From positions 10,349-74,348 of the forward strand of contig JBDTSL010000003.1 of the NCBI GenBank assembly GCA_039931165.1: 64,000 nt of DNA. Reading direction: 5' to 3'. Origin of the DNA: Candidatus Doudnabacteria bacterium (GTDB taxonomy: Bacteria; Patescibacteriota; Doudnabacteria; UBA920; O2-02-FULL-48-8). How positions within the stretch are numbered: position 1 is the stretch's first letter; each line of letters opens with the position of its first letter. Below, piece after piece: positions 9,278 to 17,273 of this stretch. Position numbers and translations under genes: made by a program. The notes beneath the pieces were generated by a model that worked only from the letters and a program-made list of their open reading frames with translations, was not told where the DNA came from and ran no database searches.

Positions 9278-10333
9278 ATGGAAACAAACATTAAAAAAAT
9301 TTTGGAAATAGCGGTTCTTGCTCCTTCTGGGGACAATTCCCAACCTTGGAAATTTTCTATCAAAGACGATACATTGTATGTGATTCTTGTTCGAAATGCT
9401 GATGATTCAGCTTATAATTTTATGGAGCGAGGATCTTTGATCGGCCATGGGGCAGTATTAGAAAATATTAATATTATTTCGCGGCATCTAGGCCTCAATG
9501 CCAATATACAACTTTTCCCGGAAGGCAAAAATTCAGACCTGGTTGCTAAAATTTCATTTCTGCCTACCGCAAACCAAGACACTGGTCTGTTTGAAGCTAT
9601 AGAAAAGCGTTGCACTAATAGGAAGCAGTATAAAGCACTGAATATTTCAGCAAATCATGAAAAGGAAATTCTTTCAATACCATTAGAAAAACCACTACTT
9701 AACTTTTCTTTATTGAAAGATAGGGCGAAAATTACAGATTTGGCCAACACCATAAATCTCAACGAAAGAATGTTTCTGGAAAATTATTATGTACATAAAG
9801 GATTATTTGGTTTTATCAGATGGACAAAGGAAGAGGAGCTGAAATATAAAACAGGTATGTATATAAAAACCTTGGAGCTCCAACCTCCTCAGGAATTTGC
9901 GATGAAGATATTTAGAAGGTGGCCGATAATTAATTTTTTTAACAAATTTAACATTGCGGCTATGGTAGCGAAAGACAGCGCTAAACTTTACACCACTTCG
10001 GCTGCGTTTGGTTTAATTACGGCTCCAGATTTATCCGAAGAAAGTTTAATCGCTACGGGCAGAATGATGCAGAGGATTTGGCTCACCGCTACAAAATTAG
10101 GTGTGAGTATGCAGCCTACTGCAGGCTTGCTTTATTTGGCTCAAAGAGTAAACGAGGAGGGAACCAAAATATTTTCGGCCAAACACGTTGAAATGCTAAA
10201 GACTGCAGAACAAAAAATAAAAGGAATATTTAAATTGTCAAACGAAGTTCCAACTTTGCTTTTTCGTTTGGGATATGCCGATCCTCCTTCCGCCACATCA
10301 ATAAAACATCCTTATTTATTAAAAAATATATGA
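9278..10333 (+). CDS. Nitroreductase-family flavoprotein, tandem-domain (~350 aa) type
   Basis: The N-terminal 'VLAPSGDNSQPWKF' matches the nitroreductase signature. The length is roughly twice a canonical NfsB fold. Confidence 0.7.
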   Translation: METNIKKILEIAVLAPSGDNSQPWKFSIKDDTLYVILVRNADDSAYNFMERGSLIGHGAVLENINIISRHLGLNANIQLFPEGKNSDLVAKISFLPTANQDTGLFEAIEKRCTNRKQYKALNISANHEKEILSIPLEKPLLNFSLLKDRAKITDLANTINLNERMFLENYYVHKGLFGFIRWTKEEELKYKTGMYIKTLELQPPQEFAMKIFRRWPIINFFNKFNIAAMVAKDSAKLYTTSAAFGLITAPDLSEESLIATGRMMQRIWLTATKLGVSMQPTAGLLYLAQRVNEEGTKIFSAKHVEMLKTAEQKIKGIFKLSNEVPTLLFRLGYADPPSATSIKHPYLLKNI

Positions 10334-11058
10334 AAAACAAATTGTTTTTTCCAAAAAGGATTCCCGAACCTACCGCTATGGGAAAAATTGAATCAGAGGT
10401 CTTCGAAAAAATGTCCAAAGAAAATTATCAAAGATGGATCCTGCCTCTTGTGGATGATCTGGAACGATTTATGGATAATAAAAACCGTACTATCCTTGAT
10501 ATTGGCTCAGGACCGGGGCTTTTGGTCAAAGAGATAGCAATACGCTTCAAGCAGTCGAAAGTAATTGGGCTGGATAATTCTGCAGTTGCAGTAAAATTAG
10601 CTAGAAAGAATTGCATAAAACAAAGAAATGTCAGCTTTGTTGTCGGGGACGCTACCAAATTACAATTCAAGAGCCAATCTTTCGATCTTGTCGTATGTAA
10701 AGATACCCTGCACCATTTTCCGAAAGTTAAGACTTGTATCAAAGAGATGCTTCGGGTCCTGAAAGATGGAGGAACTCTATATATCCAAGACTTAAGAAGA
10801 GATTTACCTCATTATTTGCTGAAGCAGGCGATGCCGCCGGACACGGTTATGAAAAAGCTCCAATATTATTCCGCACGCGCTGCTTATACTAAAGATGAGT
10901 TGAAAAAAATACTGAAGGAATTAGGTGTGCGCAAACTGAATATTCAAACAAAAAAAGTCACACCTCAAATGGCTAAAAAGTACAGGAAATTGAACGTGGA
11001 CCTGACCAGACTTAAGCAAAGTTTTATTACCCGGTACGTGGCAACAATAAAAAAATAG
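10330..11058 (+). CDS. Class I SAM-dependent methyltransferase
   Basis: Motif I 'ILDIGSGPGLL', motif II 'VIGLDNS' and 'LRVLKDGGTLYI' are present. ATGA overlap with the nitroreductase gene. Confidence 0.8.
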   Translation: MKNKLFFPKRIPEPTAMGKIESEVFEKMSKENYQRWILPLVDDLERFMDNKNRTILDIGSGPGLLVKEIAIRFKQSKVIGLDNSAVAVKLARKNCIKQRNVSFVVGDATKLQFKSQSFDLVVCKDTLHHFPKVKTCIKEMLRVLKDGGTLYIQDLRRDLPHYLLKQAMPPDTVMKKLQYYSARAAYTKDELKKILKELGVRKLNIQTKKVTPQMAKKYRKLNVDLTRLKQSFITRYVATIKK

Positions 11059-12738
11059 ATGAATCCAAGCATTTTTCAGAACATACGGAACATTGACCTC
11101 TTGTCGGTCGGAATTGCCACTGCTTCTATTGGGATAATGGGTTTTATCATTTATTTTAATGATAAAAAGAACAGCATCAATCAGACTTTTCTGGCCCTGT
11201 CCGTGATGGGCATTTTTTGGAGTGCTTTTAATTATTTAAGTTATCAATTTTACGACCCGGTTGTGGTAATTTGGCTGATCCGAATTGCCGTCTTTTTTGC
11301 AGTGTGGTTTTCTTTTTCTATTTTTAGGTTATTTTATATTTTTCCAAATAAAAGCCCAGAATTTGTAAAGGCATATTATTACTTATTTATTCCGATAACA
11401 GTTGTTTCGTCACTGCTAAACTTAACCCCATTGGTGTTTACCCGAGTGACTGCATTTACTGAGGGGCGGGTGTCGGAAGTGGCCAACGGACCTGCTATTG
11501 CTTTGTTTGGAATCGTTGTATTCGGGTTGGTCGGATGTGGCATATATTTGTTAGTTAAAAAAATCAGGCGGACTAAAGGAGTTGAAAGAAAGCAACTCGA
11601 CTTAATATTTTTCGGAATAACCATTACTTGTTTATTGCTGATAATTTTCAATTTTATTTTACCGGCCTTTTTAAACAATGCCGCTTATATTTCTTTTGGC
11701 GCGGTATTTTTGTTTCCTTTCATAGCTCTTACCGCTTACTCTATAATTAAACTGCATTTGTTTGATGTAAAAGTGTTTGCGACCGAAGTATTAACTTTTG
11801 TGCTCTCAATAGTTAATTTAATTGAGATTGTGACCGCAAAAGATACCCTGACGTTTGTTTTTCGTCTATCTATGTTCGCATTAGTATTAGGTTTTGGAAT
11901 TTTGCTGATAAGGAGCGTGCAAAAGGAAGTAGAGCTTAGGCGTCAACTGCAAATCTTAGACAAAGAACTTGAGGCCGCGAATGCGCAGCTGAAGATTTTG
12001 GACCAGGCCAGGGCCGAGTTTATCACTATCGCGTCCCATCAGCTTCGCACGCCGCCGGCCACTATCAAGTGGTATTTGGCCTCCATTCTGGACGGGGATT
12101 ATGGCAAGATGGACGCGGCAGTGCATGAACAGCTTCGTAAAACCGCTTCAACCAATGGTTCAATGATCTCGCTGATCGACGATCTGCTGAATGTTTCTAG
12201 GATTGAGCGGGGCAAGATGGAATTTATTTTCCAGCCCACGGATATGGCGGAGATCACCCAGATCACGGTTGACCAGCTCCTGCCGCAGGCGGAAATGAGA
12301 AAACTGCAGTTGATCTACGAAAAGCCGAAAGTACCCCTGCCGATAATCAACGCCGATAAAGAAAAACTGCGCCAGGTTATCAATAATTTGATTGATAATG
12401 CTATTAAATATACCCCGAAAGGTTCGATCACGGTCCAGCTCAGCCAGACCAAGGATGACATCATGGTGAAAGTCACCGATACGGGCAAAGGAGTAGATAA
12501 GGAACATCTCAAAAACGTATTTATAAAATTCGAACGCGGTAAAATTCCCGCTAAAAACTCCACCGGTCTGGGACTGGGGCTGTATGTGGCCAAAGTCATA
12601 GTCGAACAGCATAAAGGCAAGATCTGGGTCGAGTCGCCGGGCGTGGGTAAAGGCTCGAGCTTTATTTTCACCGTGCCGATCAAAGGCGAGGTCAACACCA
12701 CGGAATTCGACCTGACCAAGACCCAAACACCGGCTTGA
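11059..12738 (+). CDS. Sensor histidine kinase with polytopic (~7 TM) N-terminal sensor domain
   Basis: H-box 'ITIASHQLRTPPATIKWY', N-box 'NNLIDNAIKYT' and G-boxes 'DTGKGV' and 'GLGLYVAKVIVEQHKG'. Starts 1 nt after the methyltransferase stop. Confidence 0.85.
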   Translation: MNPSIFQNIRNIDLLSVGIATASIGIMGFIIYFNDKKNSINQTFLALSVMGIFWSAFNYLSYQFYDPVVVIWLIRIAVFFAVWFSFSIFRLFYIFPNKSPEFVKAYYYLFIPITVVSSLLNLTPLVFTRVTAFTEGRVSEVANGPAIALFGIVVFGLVGCGIYLLVKKIRRTKGVERKQLDLIFFGITITCLLLIIFNFILPAFLNNAAYISFGAVFLFPFIALTAYSIIKLHLFDVKVFATEVLTFVLSIVNLIEIVTAKDTLTFVFRLSMFALVLGFGILLIRSVQKEVELRRQLQILDKELEAANAQLKILDQARAEFITIASHQLRTPPATIKWYLASILDGDYGKMDAAVHEQLRKTASTNGSMISLIDDLLNVSRIERGKMEFIFQPTDMAEITQITVDQLLPQAEMRKLQLIYEKPKVPLPIINADKEKLRQVINNLIDNAIKYTPKGSITVQLSQTKDDIMVKVTDTGKGVDKEHLKNVFIKFERGKIPAKNSTGLGLGLYVAKVIVEQHKGKIWVESPGVGKGSSFIFTVPIKGEVNTTEFDLTKTQTPA

Positions 12739-12794
12739 AACGTATCTAGAGATAACAAAAAAACCTCGACATTAGTCGGGATTTTTTTAAATAT

Positions 12795-12886
12795 CCATAC
12801 TGTCAGTATATTCCAACTACTTGCATAAAACGCAAGCCAGGGCTCAATATAACGCTGTCAAGTATTGACAACAATCGACCCAATGC
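12795..12886. promoter_or_regulatory. Repeated promoter/operator module, copy R3
   Basis: TACTGTCAGTA (12798-12808, TACT-N3-AGTA), the conserved AACGCAAGCCAGGGCTCAATAT block and the palindrome TGTCAAGTATTGACA (12856-12870). Confidence 0.6.
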
Positions 12887-12961
12887 TTACACTTCATAAT
12901 GATTTGGTCGGCAATTCCGCAGGCCGCAATCACTCGTAAGCAACAATCGAAAAGAGGAATC

Positions 12962-13441
12962 ATGGAAATTCCGTCGACATTGGAAAACAAGTTGGCGAAT
13001 CTCGATCTCGAGCCGATCAAGGTCAAGCTCATGGATGCCGAAGAAGGGCCGGGTTGGTCGCTCAAGATGTGCGACTCGGTGGAGGTGCTTTACAAGCGCT
13101 TCCTGCTGCTCAACGCAACACATCCGCACATCGTTCCGACGCGAGAGATTGACCAGTTCTGGCACATGCACATTCTCGACACTTACAAGTACACCCAGGA
13201 CTGCGAAGACCTGTTCGGCCACTACTTACATCACTTCCCGTACTTTGGTATGCGGGGTGCCAGTGATGCCAGCGATTTGAAGCTGGCATTTGCCAATACG
13301 CTGGCTCTGTACGCTGCCAAGTACGGCGAACCGCTTGAAACGGCAGCGGCGATGTGCAACTGCTGTGACGATGGCGGCGGAGTGACACAGGGTGATCTCA
13401 AGGCCATTCGACCGACAATCGACCGATCACTCGCGATGTGA
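12962..13441 (+). CDS. DUF1399 / GRDP-like protein, paralogue 2 (GC-rich)
   Basis: 'YKRFLLLNATHPHIVPTREIDQFWHMHILDTYKYTQDC'. The RBS AAGAGGA precedes the ATG at 12962, so the longer 12899 start is unlikely. Confidence 0.55.
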   Translation: MEIPSTLENKLANLDLEPIKVKLMDAEEGPGWSLKMCDSVEVLYKRFLLLNATHPHIVPTREIDQFWHMHILDTYKYTQDCEDLFGHYLHHFPYFGMRGASDASDLKLAFANTLALYAAKYGEPLETAAAMCNCCDDGGGVTQGDLKAIRPTIDRSLAM

Positions 13442-13452
13442 AGGCTCATACA

Positions 13453-13487
13453 GGGGGATAAGTTGCTTTCCCCCTCTTTTTTTAAAT
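13453..13487 (+). terminator. Rho-independent terminator
   Basis: GGGGGA-taagttgctt-TCCCCC followed by TCTTTTTTTT. Confidence 0.6.
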
Positions 13488-13496
13488 CTATTAGAT

Positions 13497-14168
13497 ATGA
13501 TCACATTCTATACTAAATTAGCGAATTTATATGATAAAACCTATCTGAAAAAAGATTATCAGAAAGAAGTTTTATATTTGAAAAAATTTATTAAAGGTTC
13601 AGTTTTGGATGTTGGTTGTGGAACAGGTCGACATTTACAATATTTGAAAGATCACATACGAATTGGATTAGATAAAAGTTTGCAATTAATTAAACTTGCG
13701 AAACAAAATAATCCAGGGATTAAGTTTTTGCAAGGGGACATTGTTAATTTTAAAATTAATCAGAAATTTGATACGATTATCAGTTTGTTTACAGTGATTG
13801 CTTACCTAAATTCTAAGCAACTTGAGGAAGCTATTAATAATTTAGTCAGTCATTTGAACTCTAAAGGAATTTTAATTTTAGAACCTTTCGCTGAACCAAA
13901 AACCTTGTCATTGAAACCTTGGTTTAATTCCTATAATTCACCAACTTTAAAATTTACTCGATATGTGACTCTCAAAAAAATTAGAAATATAGCTAAACTA
14001 AATATTCAATGGTGGGTTAATGGAAATACTATTAAAGAAGTTCAACATTTATCATTATTTAAGCATAAACATATCATCAAATTATTAAATAAATATTGTG
14101 TTAAAGTCGAGTATTTGCCACCAACGCATTTATTTAGATACGGACTATTTGTGGCTAGAATTTCTTGA
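13497..14168 (+). CDS. Class I SAM-dependent methyltransferase (AT-rich)
   Basis: Motif I 'VLDVGCGTGRH' and motif II 'RIGLDKS'. The internal start 'MITFYTKL' was chosen because the longer ORF overlaps the upstream gene in a different frame. Confidence 0.7.
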   Translation: MITFYTKLANLYDKTYLKKDYQKEVLYLKKFIKGSVLDVGCGTGRHLQYLKDHIRIGLDKSLQLIKLAKQNNPGIKFLQGDIVNFKINQKFDTIISLFTVIAYLNSKQLEEAINNLVSHLNSKGILILEPFAEPKTLSLKPWFNSYNSPTLKFTRYVTLKKIRNIAKLNIQWWVNGNTIKEVQHLSLFKHKHIIKLLNKYCVKVEYLPPTHLFRYGLFVARIS

Positions 14169-14239
14169 ATATAAAAATAGTTAAGGGAACTATATACCTA
14201 AATCGGCTGGATCGCTTCACAAAAATATCTTTTCTTGAA

Positions 14240-14345
14240 TCGAACAGCGTAAAGGCAAGATCTGGGTCGAGTCGAAAGGGGAGGTAAAGGCGAGGTCAAC
14301 ACCACGGAATTCGACCTGACCAAGACCCAAACACCGGCTTGAAAT
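14240..14345 (+). pseudogene. Truncated duplicate of the 3' end of the histidine-kinase gene (direct repeat of 12602-12740 with a 35-bp internal deletion)
   Basis: 'CGAACAGCGTAAAGGCAAGATCTGGGTCGAGTCG' and 'AAAGGCGAGGTCAACACCACGGAATTCGACCTGACCAAGACCCAAACACCGGCTTGAAA' recur at 12602-12740. Confidence 0.8.
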
Positions 14346-14411
14346 ATATCGCCCGATTTGTTAGAATTGGTTAGCGTTCGGGCGTAGCTCAGCGGTAGAG
14401 CAGCTGACTGT

Positions 14412-14981
14412 GAACAAGTTCTTAAAGGCGGCATAAAGGTCTTATTTTATGCCAAAAGAGAAGAGAACATATTCCGACCGTTCTCAATACATTATCCAGG
14501 CGGTTACCAAGAGACGTAAAAAGCTCAGGGAAATGGCTAGGGTGTATAAAGGCGGTAAATGTATGATCTGTGGTTACGATCGCTGTCTAGGAGCGCTTGA
14601 TTTTCACCACATTGATCCTTCCAAGAAAAAGTTTGGAATATCCATGAACGGATTAACCAAATCTTGGGATAAGATCAAAGGCGAACTGGATAAGTGCATC
14701 TTAATTTGCGCGAATTGCCACAGAGAAATCCATGCAGGAATTACGCAGCTTCCTGGGGAAACCCAGGTTGAAAAACGAGGTGAACTCGGGGAAGCCCTGC
14801 ACCAGTAATCGGTACAGGGTAATCCCGAGCCAAGCTCCGACTTTTCAGTCGGAGAAGGTGTAGAGACTATCCCGCAAGGGAGTACTCCCAGCCCTTTCTT
14901 CGAAAGTGCTGGGCGGAAGCGCCTCGGACCCCTAATAGGGTTATGATATAGTCCATACTAAAGGCGACTTTAGATTAAATG
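14412..14981 (+). ncRNA. Group I self-splicing intron (570 nt) carrying an HNH endonuclease ORF
   Basis: Conserved core elements: R-like 'GAGACTA' (14863-14869) and S-like 'GATATAGTCC' (14944-14953), which form P7 (GACTA/TAGTC). Terminal G (omegaG) at 14981. Confidence 0.65.
14449..14808 (+). CDS. HNH homing endonuclease encoded within the group I intron
   Basis: 'CMICGYDRCLGALDFHHIDP...CILICANCHREIH' gives CxxC ... HH ... CxxCH, the HNH zinc-finger and catalytic motif. Confidence 0.8.
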   Translation: MPKEKRTYSDRSQYIIQAVTKRRKKLREMARVYKGGKCMICGYDRCLGALDFHHIDPSKKKFGISMNGLTKSWDKIKGELDKCILICANCHREIHAGITQLPGETQVEKRGELGEALHQ

Positions 14982-15025
14982 TAATCAGCGGGTCGCTGGT
15001 TCGAATCCAGCCGCCCGAGCCAAAT

Positions 15026-15056
15026 AAAAAAACCTGACTTCTGTCGGGTTTTTTTA
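15026..15056. terminator. Bidirectional terminator after the tRNA
   Basis: AAAAAAACCTGAC-ttct-GTCGGGTTTTTTT (one G-U pair in the stem). Confidence 0.7.
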
Positions 15057-15182
15057 TTTGTTTGACAGGCTGGATTCGAAGGGCAGAAGTGAGGCAAGAC
15101 CCCAGTCGCAGCCGAACGTCGACGGAAGCGAGGGCTCGCAGCTTCCGTCGCTGCCCCGGACATGAGCGCATCAGCGCGAATC

Positions 15183-15240
15183 CGAATCCAGCCGCCCGAG
15201 CCAAAAGAAAGAAACTGACTTCTGTCAGTTTCTTTCTTTT
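15183..15240 (+). repeat. Second copy of the tRNA 3' end (CGAATCCAGCCGCCCGAGCCAAA) plus a second terminator (AAAGAAAGAAACTGAC-ttct-GTCAGTTTCTTTCTTT): att-like scar
   Basis: A 21-nt exact repeat of 15002-15022. Both terminators share the core CTGACTTCTGTC. Inverted T-arm fragments GGCTGGATTCGAAGGG (15068-15082) and GGCGGATTCGAAGGG (15262-15273) follow each unit. Confidence 0.6.
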
Positions 15241-15284
15241 CGATTCCCGGCGGCGGATTCGAAGGGTTGAAGTCATACAATTAA

Positions 15285-16256
15285 TCAGACGCCAACTGAA
15301 TGTCGTACATGCTGTATCATTTTTACAATCGCTGCGACCACAGCTTCAGGCTGTTCAATTTGAATGCGGTGACCACTTTGATCTGCAAAGAACTGTTGGC
15401 TGTCAGTCGATAACTCTAAGAGGCTGGCCTGCGCGGCGGTGTGTTTGGCATCCTTATCTTTGCCGCGCGATAGAACGATTAAAGGCAATGCTCCCAGCGT
15501 GGTCACAGCCCTGGCTTGGGCTCCTCCTTCGGACATCCCCATGCCTTCGTCTAGGAAGGTTTGGACGGAACGGGGAGCCACGGAAAAAGCTGTAAAAGCT
15601 TGCTTATTCTCTGACGGTAGGTTTTCAATCGCGCCGAGCGGGCCTGCCAGCAAACGCACCAAACCGATGCGAGCCATCAAAGACGGCAAGGAATTTTTAC
15701 CAGGTTGCGGAGCTGGCTTAGGATTGGCACCGGAAGCGGGCAGGTCTTGGGCATCAATCAGCACCAACCCGGAGACTTCGGCCGGATAGTCATGAGTATA
15801 CACCCGCACGGTATATCCTCCGAGCGAATGGCCAACTAGTACATACGGTCCGTGTTCGTTGTCCTTAGCCAGTAAGGTATGTAATTCTTCAGCGAATTTA
15901 CGGGCGGTTCGCGGCTCGGGACTGGTCTCGCTCCATCCCATTCCTGCTCGATCATAACTGCAAACACGAGTGGTCTTAGCAACTTCGGGCTGCACCCAAC
16001 CCCAGACGGCGGACGAATCCCCCCATCCAGATTCGATTATCACAGTAGGGCTGCCAGTACCGGTGCAATTGATATGCAGGCGGTATCCGCCGACGTCAAC
16101 CATACGACCTGGAGGCGGGTAGGTACGCGCATCAGCCGCTTCAGATTTATTCTCGTAAATAGTGCCTGTTATTATTAAAAATAATAGAACCAGCACCGCT
16201 CTTGCGAGCCAAACTAACAGTTTTTGACCTCTACGGGCTAGAGTGAGTTTATTCAT
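15285..16256 (-). CDS. Alpha/beta-hydrolase fold protein (esterase/lipase-like), N-terminal membrane anchor, GC-rich
   Basis: Nucleophile elbow 'GHSLGG' and N-terminal TM 'LLVWLARAVLVLLFLIITG'. GC content is clearly above the surrounding sequence. Confidence 0.75.
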   Translation of the reverse strand: MNKLTLARRGQKLLVWLARAVLVLLFLIITGTIYENKSEAADARTYPPPGRMVDVGGYRLHINCTGTGSPTVIIESGWGDSSAVWGWVQPEVAKTTRVCSYDRAGMGWSETSPEPRTARKFAEELHTLLAKDNEHGPYVLVGHSLGGYTVRVYTHDYPAEVSGLVLIDAQDLPASGANPKPAPQPGKNSLPSLMARIGLVRLLAGPLGAIENLPSENKQAFTAFSVAPRSVQTFLDEGMGMSEGGAQARAVTTLGALPLIVLSRGKDKDAKHTAAQASLLELSTDSQQFFADQSGHRIQIEQPEAVVAAIVKMIQHVRHSVGV

Positions 16257-16453
16257 TTCTTTACAATAGCATTGTTTATGATAATACCATAACGCATCTT
16301 CGAATTTTTTACCCCTTTGTTTTAGTGCGTATTAGCGGTTCTGCGAATCAGAACAGCTCGAGCCATGAAAAAATCATTAACACGTTTGATGATTTTTTTG
16401 TTGTTTGAAATGCATGCTATACTTAAGAGCATCATTAAATACCAGAATAAACA

Positions 16454-17140
16454 ATGGCAATCGAATCAACGAGAAAAATATCTTTACTTGCAGGCGTGTT
16501 CTACGTACTAACTTTTATCTCGATCCCGACACTCGCGCTTTATGGTCCGATACATGATCCAAACTACATCGTGGGCTTGGGTCCCGATACTAAAGCACTT
16601 ATCGGTGCCGTTCTGGAGGTGATCGTGGCCCTGGCCGGCATCGGCACTGCCATTGCACTTTATCCGATGGTAAAGAAGCAGAATGAGGGAATGGCTTTGG
16701 GTTTTGTCATTACCCGGACATTGGAAGGCGCCACTATTTTCGCTGGCGTAGCTTGTCTTTTGTCGGTGGTGAGCCTCAGGCAAGCTGGAGCCGGAGCTGG
16801 TGCGTTGGTCACGGGGCATGCGCTGATGGCTCTATATGACCGCCTGTTCCTCCTCGGACAAAGCCTCATGCCAGGGATAAATGCCGTGTTACTCGGTACA
16901 TTATTATATCGATCGCGCCTGGTCCCTCGGTTTCTTCCTGTGCTCGGATTGATCGGAGCGCCATTGCTCCTCGCAGCCGACCTCGCCGTATTGTTTGGCC
17001 TCATCGACCGGGTATCTACGTTGGCACTGGTCACCGCACTGCCGATCGCACTGTGGGAGTTCTCGTTGGGCATCTGGCTGATTATAAAAGGGTTCAATCA
17101 ATCCGCAATAAATTCTTTAGAGGCAAAGACAGGCAATTAG
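16454..17140 (+). CDS. Integral membrane protein (DUF4386-like), GC-rich
   Basis: 228 aa with ~6 TM segments and 'LYRSRLVPRFLPVLGLIGAPL'. The family assignment is from memory. Confidence 0.45.
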   Translation: MAIESTRKISLLAGVFYVLTFISIPTLALYGPIHDPNYIVGLGPDTKALIGAVLEVIVALAGIGTAIALYPMVKKQNEGMALGFVITRTLEGATIFAGVACLLSVVSLRQAGAGAGALVTGHALMALYDRLFLLGQSLMPGINAVLLGTLLYRSRLVPRFLPVLGLIGAPLLLAADLAVLFGLIDRVSTLALVTALPIALWEFSLGIWLIIKGFNQSAINSLEAKTGN

Positions 17141-17273
17141 ATATTCTCAGTGTTTTTTGTTATTATGTAAATATGAAAACTAACTCAAGCCAAAAACTGA
17201 AAGACGGCGCCAAATGCAAGGTCATCGCCGCGCTTCTGTCTTACGCCAGTTTTCAGCTGGCTTATAAATCGCG

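Larger units (their letters stand above)
14378..15022 (+). tRNA. tRNA-Asn(GUU) gene interrupted in the anticodon loop by a group I intron. Exons are 14378-14411 and 14982-15022, with CCA encoded.
   Basis: Acceptor stem TCGGGCG/CGCCCGA, D-arm GCTC-AGCGGTA-GAGC, anticodon stem GCTGA/TCAGC and T-arm GCTGG-TTCGAAT-CCAGC. The spliced anticodon loop is CTGTTAA. The 5' exon ends in U and the intron ends in G. Confidence 0.7.

Noticed and set aside
6723-10333. TOMM/azoline-type RiPP machinery (E1-like docking protein plus nitroreductase-family dehydrogenase)
   Set aside because: No YcaO cyclodehydratase is present in or near the cluster. The middle gene carries an ANL/PaaK P-loop, not YcaO motifs. 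The nitroreductase has the classical NfsB-type N-terminus rather than a SagB-type sequence.
12160-12758. Antisense ORFs (188 and 147 aa) inside the histidine-kinase gene, and 14198-14434 on the minus strand
   Set aside because: Shadow ORFs opposite a strongly supported kinase CDS. The 14198-14434 one merely mirrors the duplicated kinase 3' fragment.
14378-14413. tRNA 5' half initially read as a truncated tRNA pseudogene next to an HNH gene
   Set aside because: A perfectly matching 3' half with complementary acceptor strand lies 570 nt downstream, and the intervening sequence has group I intron core elements. It is reinterpreted as an intron-containing tRNA.
15057-15182. Possible small structured RNA in the GC-rich 125-bp segment between the two tRNA-3'-end repeats
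   Set aside because: No convincing conserved helices. It is more simply explained as recombination debris within the att-like scar. Left unannotated.
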